This document shows positions 37,430 to 48,600 of a stretch of 64,000 nucleotides of DNA, in pieces. Every line of letters starts with the position of its first letter. Positions within the stretch are counted from its first letter, which is position 1. A model generated the notes under the pieces. It searched no databases and was not told where the DNA came from. It saw nothing but the letters and a program-made list of their open reading frames with translations. Both the position numbers and the translations under genes were made by a program. Source of the DNA: Amoebophrya sp. A120 (taxonomy: Eukaryota; Protista; Dinoflagellata); the NCBI GenBank assembly GCA_905178155.1, contig CAJINV010000005.1, positions 4,645,036 through 4,709,035 of the forward strand, given 5' to 3'.

Positions 37430-40400
37430 TCAATTCCATGCCGGAATCCATGCCGTGGGTGTGGGCAGGATCTGACCGTGCCACATCCGCGCAGCGTCTC
37501 CAGGCCTCACTTGCACATGTGGGAGGGGAATGTACCGTATGACAGTGCACAACTCCCCCTGCTCCCCCTCATTTCATTTGTATTTTTGCACGAACAGCAA
37601 TACAAGCGTCGGCAAGATGAATTCAGGTTTTGCATCACAAATTCACTCAGGATTATAGGGCTGTTCAAGCTGCCAGGACTTGTCATGCAAAAAGTGCGAA
37701 GAGGCAATAAACCAAAGGGAAAGGGTGGCTTTGGTATTTCGCATGACAAATGAGGGGGAGGGGGCGTTGTGCACTCTCATATCCCGTCGTTCCAGAATCA
37801 GGCGGAATTCGCCCAAAGCATATCAACATGAAAAATCCCCTCTCCCCATAATATTCAAAGTGGAATTTTTTGTGTAGTAGCATGATTTGTGATCACAAAT
37901 CCATTTGTGATGCTGGTAGGGAAGGGATGCGGCCTGTAGTGCTGTCTGGCACGGGCAAGCCTTGCCTCGCCAGTATGACAGAGACCACCCACTGCATATC
38001 CTAGAACAGCATGACAAAGTCAAAGTTCCTGAAAATAGGCCGCAGGTGTGATGTCCCTTTACCTTCCAGCAAAAATACAAGTGGATTTCTGTACACAAAT
38101 CGCGCATCAGAAATCTCCTTTTGGTCTGGGGAGGGGGGATCATGTTTCCTCACAATAAAACATGGTCCCTTACAAGTGCTTTCGTGTGAAGCTTTCCCAT
38201 CTCGATATAGGCACGCTTCGTATCCTCATTCATCTCACCGAACCCTGGCGACCCGAGTAAAATCCGCATCCACTCTTCCAGCTCACTGAAGTCGTTCGGG
38301 TCCTCGTTGAGTGGGAAAGGAAGGGGCTTGTTTCTAAACAATGTCTCCGCACCACCAATTGTTGAGTTCAACGATGTATTACCGACTAGGGGGGCGAGTG
38401 GCTCACGGGAGGAAGCATGTTGGCCAGCCACAGTCTTCACTTGCGTTGTCCTCAGGCAGTCGTGCATCCAGCGAGCCAAATCTATCGTGTGGTTTTTCCG
38501 GATCAGCGCGAGACAAAACTTTGTGTGGGTATCAAAGACAAAAATGTCTGGGTCTGGGAAGTCATGCTTGTCTGGCATGGCAAAAGAGCTTGTGATGCGT
38601 GTCCAAGAAGAGACCCTTTTGCCTGTCATGCAAGAACGCAGTTTCTCAGGCGAAAAACAGAACACAAAGAAGCGCAGACATTTCTCGTCATGCTTGGCTG
38701 TGCATTACAGACCATTCACTATTCCCAACACAGCATTACAATTTTCCAGACCCAGACGTTTTTGCAGTTGATAGTGGGTCGCCCACTGCCATTCAACGAT
38801 GGCATCCAGGATTTCCCACGAAAAAAGTGTTTTACAGTTACACATTTGCTGTCAATTCAGCAACACAACTGGCTCTGCATGAGAGAGAAAATTTACAATG
38901 CAAAAATCCTACGGGAAAACACCTACGAACAAACGAGGCTCTTATAATATGCATATCCTGCATGACAGAGCTTGTCTGTCTTGCTTGGTCTGCAACACAA
39001 TGTGTAACTGTAACACTTTTTTCTTGCGATACAGGATTTTCCTGCTCCAGTCGGTGTGGGGCTGACTCGCTTCGAGCACCTGACGCACTTGCTCCTCCTC
39101 TCCTATTCTCCGACGCCATTCTTGTGAAAGCACGCTCAGTGCGGCCTCGGTGTGGGGGAGATGAGACGCGAAGGCGCCGTTACTATCAAAATGCATCCAC
39201 GACTCTCCTACCTGTGGTTGCTGGACTGATCCTCGCCGTCCGAAATGCTTGCTCGATTCCAAGGAGAATGCTGGACCGACCCGGTTTCTTGACGTCTCCC
39301 CTTTGAAGAGCAGGTCTAAAGCTTCAACCACGCGACATTCGTCTGACACCAAAAACCAGAGTCTGCTTCTGTCCTCGGCAAAAAAATGCCCGTTCCTTCG
39401 TCTGTGGAAATGTCCACTCCACTCATTTCGGTTTCCCTCGCGCTCGGGGCTCACTATATCGTGGTCTATTTTGCGCCATATGTCTGCGTAATTTTCACCA
39501 TACTTTCTCGCATGGTCACTGATCGTGCCTGACAAAACAGGCACCCTGGTTTCCACTCCTACCCTGGTTTCTTCTCGGCCGGCAGCTAGCCATTCCTTGC
39601 GCGCCGCGTAGCGCAGCTTGAAGAGGGCGTATCCTGTGCAAAAGTACTATCGTCCTCGTCGCATTAAAAAAAAAGTGCAGTCATGAATTACAAATCTTTT
39701 ATTTTCTCTGGGTGAAAAAAATTCCGCATCGCAAATTTCATTTCTGATGCTGAGGAAATTTGTAATGCAAAAAGTCATATAATGCTACTGCTAGTACGAT
39801 AGATACTTTTGCAGTGCATAGGACCCGCATTATCGCAATTTTCAAAACTTTGTTCAGTTCATCGTGAAAGCCCCCCTCTGCGTCGAAAAGTCCGTTAAGC
39901 CGGAGCAGTCCATTGTTCGTGGTTGGTCCATTCTGTAGATAGGATATTCTTGTGGGGGCGCTACGTGGTTCGTTAGCGCCGTTCTGAAGTGGTCGTTCAC
40001 CACGGCACAGAGGACACGTGGGACTGCGGTTAGGACGCGCGTTCGCCCACCCTTGATCGCACGCGGTCGTCCACCTTTGATCGCATTCTGCGCAGAAGTT
40101 CTGATCCACTATGGCGTTCTCAACTGTTACATTCTCACCTGTATACATGATTTTTTGTCATGCAAATTTACCACCAAGATCGCCACGATTAAGCTGCTTC
40201 GCATGACAAATATCCGAAGGGCTAAACAGCGTCGAAATCTGTGCCAAATCTGTAATGCAAGAGGCGCAATCTTCCCCCTTTGGCTTTCACTCTCGCCGTT
40301 CTTGCATTACAAATTCATGTAACAGTTGAGAAAGTAACATTTGAGAACGCCATATGCACGCGGTGTCCGTTCGGACACAATGCTTCTCCACCTGTCCGTC

Positions 40401-41413
40401 GCTCGCATTCTTCTATATCCAACAGAAAAAGATTGTATAGTTTGTGATGCGCAACATGTTGTACTAAGAAAGATGATTGCGTCAGCGTCTGTCATGCTGG
40501 TCATGCATTCATTTTTGTAGGGTCAATCAATGCAAGTGCGTTTTCACGTGCGATCTCCGAACGTCGACAGCTTTTATTTGCTGTCAACGACCTGGCAGAT
40601 TTGTAAAAATGCTGGCCCAGCAAAAAACAACAAATCTGAGTCTTTTTTTCTTGGATATTGTAGACAAATGGCGCACTCGAAGGTTTCTGGAGTGCTTTGA
40701 TCACCCGCGTTATCAAATGTAAAAGTGTCTGGGTCTGGAAGAATGCAACTTGTCATGCTAAATCTGAAGCATGCAAAAATCTGTGTTGCATGATTACCAA
40801 AAGGTGTCCAGTTTTAACCAAGTCGGGAGGGAGTTTCTCACGCAGGATAGGCATGAGAGAGATCGCACGGAAGCTGTCATGCTAGGTCCTGCATTCCAGG
40901 CCTCATGGGTCATGGAAAAGCTGCATGACAAATCGAGCATTCCTCCAGACCCAGACATTTTTGCATTTGATATTCAGGAACTCCTTCTACCGCTGGACGA
41001 TCGACAGCAGCCGATTCCGTGCCAGAGCTGCTCGAAGGTGGAGCACGACTCGAGGACGAACTAGTTGTACCCAAAGTCGCACCAGGACGTTCGCCCTCGG
41101 CTTGCACATCACGCGCCGACGAGGAGCGACGACGCGCCGACGAGGTGGACCGACGCGCCGGCGAGGAGCGACGACGCGCCGACGAGGTGGATCGACGCGC
41201 CGACGAGGTGGACTGACGCGGCGACAGGGACCGACCATGCGCCGGCGAGGTGGACCGACCACGGGGCCCCGCCGAAGAAGACGCGAGAACCCGCACTGCC
41301 GACACGAGGATCACCGAACTCGTCGTCAGGTTCAGCAACGATGAGAAATAAAGCACCGAGCTGCCGGCAACTACGCCAGCGGCTGCCAACTTCGTAAATA
41401 CAGACGGGGCCAT
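37430..41413 (-). CDS. Secreted MAPS-leader family protein 2 with RING finger (putative E3 ubiquitin ligase), 652 aa, 8 introners
   Basis: After element removal: FECAICLQECERRTGGEALCPNGHRVxQNFCAECDQRW...PTCPLCR. Total 1959 nt in frame; 21-bp SSARRST repeats follow the leader. Confidence 0.8.
37538..37781. mobile_element. Introner, family D
   Basis: TSD taccg/tcccg. Confidence 0.87.
37821..38157. mobile_element. Introner, family F
   Basis: TSD aagca/aaaca. Confidence 0.82.
38530..38773. mobile_element. Introner, family A
   Basis: TSD gtggg. Confidence 0.9.
38812..39031. mobile_element. Introner, family G-like
   Basis: TSD cagga; left end TTT; related to 53468 in opposite orientation. Confidence 0.87.
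39630..39820. mobile_element. Introner, family C
   Basis: TSD decayed (gggcg/ggacc); frame restored. Confidence 0.82.
40110..40354. mobile_element. Introner, family E
   Basis: TSD tccac/tgcac; lies inside the RING domain. Confidence 0.9.
40416..40657. mobile_element. Introner, G-like degenerate family
   Basis: tatccaacagaaaaaga / tctttttttcttggata; TSD ttcta/ttgta; lies inside the RING domain. Confidence 0.8.
40711..40972. mobile_element. Introner, family A, no matching TSD
   Basis: Flanks cgcgt/ttcag; frame restored by removing +5 nt. Confidence 0.88.
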
Positions 41414-43547
41414 TTTAGATTGTTTTGGGGTAGAAATTATAGTGCACGAGGACAAGCTCGGAATCAAATTTTTCGCTAGACAACGGAGACAAATAAAAAC
41501 CTCCGGGTTTATTGGCAACTATACACGTGGTTTTGAGTGCCTCAGATCAGAAATACGTACTCTTGTTTAGTGCAAAGATAGATGCAGCCTAGACAACCGT
41601 CTAGTGTGGTCTAGAAGTAAGTGCTTGTCGGTGTAGCTTGTGTCGATTAGGGTAGTAGTTTTTGCTGAGTTTCGTAAAAAGCTATGCCAGGCAGCAGGTG
41701 TTTAAAGGTGTGGTCTAAGAACGTTAAAAGCAAGAGCTTCAAGTTGGAACTGTGTGTCGAGCAGTTTATTGAATCTCCGAGATCAACATTCACCAATATC
41801 AACAACGCATTGCCTTACAATTATTTCCCACCGAGATACTTTTTTGCAGATCAATATCAAAAAATTTCGGGCACAACACGTATTCTGTAGACCGAGCTGC
41901 GTTTTTAGATCCTCCCTCACCACTTTTGAGACCGATAACAGTAGACCATGAGAATTATGAGGTGCAACTCGACACTAAATTCATTCAGATTTCTCTTTGC
42001 ACGACCAACAGGAGGGGCTCATGAATGTAAAATGCGGAGGATTTTTTGGATCATTTGCAGGACCATTTTGATTGCAGCGTGCTGATCATGTGCTGACTTT
42101 TTATCGCTCGCTCTTGCGTCAGATCTTGCTCAACAAATAAAAAATTCTGGCTCTGATAGATCTGAGTGGGGTCTACTCTGCAGCAAATTGAAACGAAAAT
42201 ATCTGATCCATATCGTCAACATCGAAAGCCAGACTATTACCCCAATGAAATGAAAACCGACGTGGGAGCGGAGTTATTTTGCACCAGCGAACAGTAACTA
42301 CTGCGTGCTCCCGACTTCGCACAGTGCGCCGCGATGCGCATAGTACTACAGACAATACGACTTCGTTTCGTCTCTAACCATAATGATCACGGAGGCGGGT
42401 CATACGTCATGTAGCTCTAGCCACACAAGATAGGTCCTGACGTCAACATCGTACATCGTACATAATCACGTACTTTTCCCCCTCTCTGATGATCATCTTC
42501 CATGCAGCTAGAATTTTTTTTTTACAGTAGAATAGCACTGTCATCATTATCTTGCTCCTGCTCTTGTATGTGCGAAGCATGATGGTGTAGTACACAACTT
42601 CTGCGCTCGTGCGTGCACAAGAAATGGAGCAACATCTTCAATGCGTCGCGAGAGTTACCGTCTTCAAACGAGTTGGCCTTCTTTATGCTAGAAGACTGGG
42701 CTACAGGGTTAAGTTATTTCATCGCGTCCTGCTTCTCATACATTTCCTTTTACTGCTTGGTTTAACCAGTAGTACGCAATCAACTTCAATAAAAACACTG
42801 TTTTTAACAAGGTTATTTGTTGGTCATTTATTATCCTGCTGAGATCTTCGCAAGACTGACCTGCTACACGCGGTTTTGGTTCTTCTCCAAAACTCGCGCT
42901 CTTCTTATACGAAAAGAATACTGTTGGCTTACAATTAGTTGGATGTCCTTGTCCATCCAAAACAAATCATACAAATGCTTTACTTCTTTCACGTACTTAC
43001 TATAGAATTATACCTACTGGGTGCCGCAATAGAGACTCTGCGGCCCGTAAAGTATTTTTGTACTTCTCAATTTTACTAAGTACTTCTTGTTGAATAGTGA
43101 AGAACGCAACAAAGCACGATAAAGAGCAGGCTAACAGCTTCGCTCCACGACATAAAATCAACTTTGCTTTCTTGCGCAACACAATTCATGGATTCACCAT
43201 CCATGTCGAGGAAGACCAGGCACTTGCCCCCCGTAGAAGTACCTCCTGTTTAACTTCTATAAAGCACTTATTTATTAAGTATAAGGAACAATCAGGGTAG
43301 CAGAGCCGGAATGATCTCTACTATACAACTTAGAAATATATCATGAAAACAACAAAGTCCAGCGTGAGAACATCGTCTATCAAGTTCTTGTAGATGCAAT
43401 AGTACTAAAACATAGTTAGAAGAGATCTTCCGCCAGCGGAAGTCGAAGACCTAGCGCGCGCCGTCCGGGTCTGACCGGTGTCCCGGGCATGAGAATTATT
43501 TACGGCACGGGGGGAAACCCTCCTTGCTGGTCGAGGTCGAGGACGCC

Positions 43548-44192
43548 TCATTCAGGTTCAGCCTGAACTCCATGCTCCCGTGCCGGTTCAGCCGGTTCTC
43601 CAACCGCCGGCGCATCCATATCATGCTGCGCTGGGGCCGCTGCGCGCTGCCCCGCGAAGAACGCTGTCAGGTCGAGAAAGCCGAGCCGCTGTCGCAGTTC
43701 CTTCTCTTCTTTCACCAGCGTATAGTGTTCGCACCACGCAGCGAGGGCAGGTCCACAGTGGTCGGCACCAGAGCGAGCAGCCCCGACGACTCCGCAGGCG
43801 CAGGCCGCGGGCGGCCCGCCCACGGCCGCCGGGGCGCAATTGGATAGGAGACTACAACACACTACTGCTTGGGCACCGATGAGCGCGCCTCTGTTTATGT
43901 CATCGTGCCAAGCCGGCCTTTCGCGCTCAATTTGTTGCTCAAGGGCGAGAAGACGCATTCTCACACGATGTAGTCGCGTCTGCACCTCCTGCCGTTCCCG
44001 TTCGGCAGCAACGTCGTCACGCGCCGACGAGGTGGACCGGCGACCACGGCGCCCCGCCGAAGACACTTGAACCCGCACTGCCGATACGAGCACCACCGGA
44101 CTCGTAGTAAAGTTCAACGACGAGGAGAAAAACACCGAGCTGCCGGCAACTACGCCAGCGGCTGCCAACTTCGTAAAGAAAGACGGGGCCAT
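43548..44192 (-). CDS. Secreted MAPS-leader family protein 3, 214 aa, intronless: coiled coil, hydrophobic Gly/Ala/Cys segment, coiled coil
   Basis: Leader MAPSFFTKLAAAGVVAGSSVFFSSSLNF...VSAVRV; architecture like paralog 1. Confidence 0.8.
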   Translation of the reverse strand: MAPSFFTKLAAAGVVAGSSVFFSSSLNFTTSPVVLVSAVRVQVSSAGRRGRRSTSSARDDVAAERERQEVQTRLHRVRMRLLALEQQIERERPAWHDDINRGALIGAQAVVCCSLLSNCAPAAVGGPPAACACGVVGAARSGADHCGPALAAWCEHYTLVKEEKELRQRLGFLDLTAFFAGQRAAAPAQHDMDAPAVGEPAEPAREHGVQAEPE

Positions 44193-45630
44193 TTCAGATT
44201 ATTTTGGAGTAGAAATTAATATACTGCACGAGTACAAGCTCGGAATCAAATTGTTCGCGTTTCGTTGTAGACAACGGAGGAAACAATACTGCACAAAAAA
44301 AAACGGGCTTAGTTGCAATTATACAGGTAGTTTTGAGCGCCTCTAGTAATTTCGATCAGAAATACGGACACTACTAGGTTGTGAATGTAGTAAATGAATT
44401 CTATGTTCTTGGTGGAATCGAAGACGAAGATAATAGGCTTGGTGAGGAAGTGGATAATCAAGGTTTAAGAAAGCGCGACTGATGTTGGCAGCGGATCCTT
44501 CTAGAAACCCAATTCTTGTAATATCCTGCAATTTGGAAAGAGGACGACGATGAAGTAAGAACGCTTGAGTTGCTAGACACGAAATTCTTCCAGATCTTAC
44601 ACGCACAGCAAAAGGTGGATCAACCATTGTTCGTTCCTCCAGGATCGTTTATTTACCACATGTTAACACATGCTCTTGAGTTATAATGGTGTGCAGTTTA
44701 TTTCATCGGTTGCAAAAATTGGATCAGATCTTGTTCTGGCCTGGGTCGTGAGATCTACTTACTAGCCTTGGAATCGTATAAGCATCATTCTGATCTTCAA
44801 GCACACCGAACAAGAATTACAAAAAAACCGACATCAAGGGCCTTCAGAAACAGAATCTTCAAGATGATCTTCTATCATTTATTGCGACGGGGCTGGGTGG
44901 CAAAAAAAAACCAACAGATTAGGACTTTTGTGACCCCATCATCGAGTAAGAATTTTTATTGGTCTTTTTTGTTTCAACAGAAAGGAAGGTAACGAAGAGT
45001 GTCTACTTCGCAATACATTTATTTTGCTTCATTTTGTTTTACGAATACACATACCGTAGGAGGCCGACAAAAATACGACCTAGTCCACACGACCAGAAGA
45101 CTAGAAGCGCGTCAAGCGCTGTTATGAGCAGGTTTGCGATACCTCCTACAACACGATAATGGAAAAGCCTACAACAGCTAGATCGAATTTTCGAGGTGGC
45201 TTTTTTTGAAAATATGATGATATTTGGTTCGAGCTGGTCTCGATCGATTTGAAAATAAGATTAAAATTCGATCGGTCAAAATAAAAACGAGTTTTAGCAA
45301 ACGAGGCGGGCTTGGGCCACAATGCTGAACTTGGCGAAAGCCAAAATTATCCTTTTGTATATTCATGGCACGGACTCCGCCCTGCGGAAAAATACAAGTG
45401 CATTTGTCGTCCGTTGAGGAAAGCAAAAACTGATTAAATGAAAGATTTTTGCTCCGTTTTATCTCCCAAAAAGCCAACTTGAAATTCTCACATTTTGAAT
45501 CGAAACATTAGTGCTACATCAGCTAAAAGCTACTTACTTTATCTGAGATTTTTTTTCGCAGAAATTACTCACACCACAAGCGCCTCACCACTGCTGGTGG
45601 AGGTTGTAGTTTACTTCCCCGTTATACATA

Positions 45631-48600
45631 CTAGGTTCCTCGCAATGATGCTCCACTCTGGAGGTTGTAAAAAGGTCCGGGAGGTCTGACCGCTAACCTG
45701 CAGGCGACTCTCCCTGTATGACAATGCGCAGAACTTCTACCCTGGTAGTTCCCCCGCCGCAACATGATATTACAAATTTCATATGATACATACACATAGA
45801 AAGGCATCAGCAGCAACGGAACGAGGCGCAACACGTTGGTAGCTTTGGCATGACAAATTCACGGCCGGGCCGTAGAGGTATTACCTACTTCGTCTCCCGC
45901 CGGAACTTTTACTTGGCATGCAAGCACCGCTCGACGGCATCGAGATGAGTGAATCTGACTCTGAGTTGCGCATTTTGCATGACAAACCCGGGGAACCACG
46001 AGGGGAAAATAAATTGCTCACTCCCATACTCAGCAATGGGAACGCACAAATCTATTGCGTGGATCGCGTTTCGGTGCACCTGGGGATCAGACCCCCAAAT
46101 ACCAGGTTCAGCACCCGCCTGCGACGGCGCCGCCGGGAGCGGGACTGCGTTGGTGTTCACGCTTGTTGATCTCAATTCTGCAGCGTAGTTGATGCCATCA
46201 TGCTGGTGACCATCATTAAAAATACCTCCAGTGCGAGAAGATGAAGAACCCACGCCCGACGCGGGTCGTGAAGTAGACGTGGGTCTTCTTGTACCACCAT
46301 CGTGGAGTTGTAGATGTCCTCCCCCAAGAACATGAGGCAGATCTGAAGCCCTGTAGTTCAAGCGTTGTTGGCCCACCATTATGCTACTCGAGGAGGACGC
46401 TGGTACCGACTCGACCAGGCGATTGTTATGCAATGCAAAAGTATCGCACTCGTAGTAATCGCAGTTGTGCATTACAAATCTCCATCCAAAGGTAAAACAG
46501 CATGACAAATCTTATTTCTCATGCTGAGCAAATTTGTAATGCAATTCATACTAGTACAATGCTTTTGCAATGCATAATTGTGGTCCAGCAGCAACCGCGC
46601 ACGTAATTCCAGCAAGCCTGCACGAAAGTCCATCAGCCCACTGGCCAGGGCGCACGCGTTTTGATAGGCAGACCCGGCAGCGGCAGCTCCGTCGCGGTTG
46701 TTCGTCGCGGCAGGGAGGATTGCTGCTGGTGTCGAAATTATCTCAGCAAACGGTAGTTGAAAGATCGAAGATAAGGTGGAAAGCTGCTCGTCGTCGTGGT
46801 CCAAGAACATTGCGTTCTCCTGTTGGCGGCTCTGTTGCTGCTGCAACATGACGTAGTTTGCCAAAGATGAGCATGTAGACGTCGCAGTATCTCACAGAAA
46901 AAAGCGGGCAGGTCACATTTGTAATGCAAAAATAAATACACAAAAAATCTGTATTGCGTATTCTAAACAGCATGCTGCGAGGTCGCCCATGACAGATTTT
47001 TCTGTGTATTTATTTTTGCATTACAAGAAATATGCCCTGCCAGCTTTTTTCTGTGGAATACGCAGAGGTGATTTGCCGGTAAAGCTCCACTATCAAACGC
47101 AAAAACGTCTGGGTCTGGAAGAATGCATGTTTGTCGTGCTTGTCTGGCATAACTCTGAAATCTGTCATGCACGTTACCCAAGGGCTCCACTTTTCTGTGA
47201 TGCAGAGACGCAGTTTGTCATGCAGAATAAGCAAAACACCCAGAAGCTCAGAAAATTGCCATGCTGAGCCAGCATTTGTGGCCTCATCAAGAGACGCCAC
47301 CCAGCATCACAAGTTTCCAGACGCAGACCCAGACATTTTTACATTTGATATCCACACTGCGGCTGAAGGCCTCCTCCGAAGCAGTACCGTCGCTAATTGG
47401 CCGCTGCGAGTTGACGTCGTCGTTGCTCCTTGGACGAGTTATCCTGAGTAAAAACGTACTCACACCAGAGTCAGAGTGGGGATTTTGCAACACAAACCTA
47501 GGCGCTTTGTGAGTCACGCATCACAAGTTGCACTATGCAGTGTAGTTCAGGTTAGCAAGTGCAGCCGCATTACAGACTCATCTGCTCATCCTGTTCATAG
47601 CATCAAAAATTCCACAACACGATTGGAAATGGCTCTCATGGGGATGCGCATTGCAAGTCTTCCTGTCTTTGCAAATCTGCATTACAACTCTGGTGTGGGT
47701 ACGTTTTTACTCAGGATACGAGTGTCAGGATCATCATCCTCCGTTTCAGAAACCGTCCAGCAACTGGAGGAATTGGCACTGCTTTGCTTTTGCCCCATCG
47801 AACTCGACTGTCCTACTGGTCTACTTGATGAACTCGACTGTCCTACTGGTCCACTTGATGACTCATGTAATAGTAATGCTTTATCTTCCACCTGCTGCTG
47901 CGCGGTCGATAATTCTCTTTGCGCAGCACGAGGCTCAAGTCGTGGACTACTAGGACCGTGCCGCTGCGATAGTGCTTCTCTCACTGAGCAAGCCTGTTGC
48001 GCTTGCAGATGTCCTGGGCCAGCCGACCCAACTACAGAGCTGCCCGTGGAAGAGGACGACGTATTTTTATCCAGTGTTTCAGAGGACTTAGAACGATCTT
48101 CACCGCTACCACTTGACATCGTCGGCCCAGGCGTCGAAGACGCTGTTGCTCCCCTTGCTAGCAGTGGCACCCCGTACTCCGAGACGATGTCGCGTAGCAT
48201 CAAATTCCGCATTTCGGATTGTGTCGCGGCCTGTTTCTGTTGCTCGCCGGAGTCTAGAGGCACATTTTCAACAACATCAGAAGAAGACCACTCGGCGAGC
48301 TGTTCGCAACTACAGGTTTGATGATGGTGGCGAGATGAACTTGACGCAGTTGCTGTGTCCTCTTGATGTCCTAGCTGTCGCAGGTTATTTATTTTGCGAC
48401 CTTCAGTCGTGCTGACCACACCGGTGCGTGCGCTTGTTCCTGGTGTACCATGCAGGTTGTTCCCGATCTGCCCTTGCTCTGCTTCTGCTTCTTCTTGGCC
48501 GCCGGGAAAATAGTGCTGGTCTTGTCCCATTCCTCCCGCTGCTGCTCCGACTGGCACACCATCGATCACTTCGTCAACGAAGTAGGTATAATCGGTCTCA

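Noticed and set aside
47476-48321. Long plus-strand ORFs (also 20675-21340, 24250-24912, 51440-52099)
   Set aside because: Antisense shadows of minus-strand exons; several begin inside introners.
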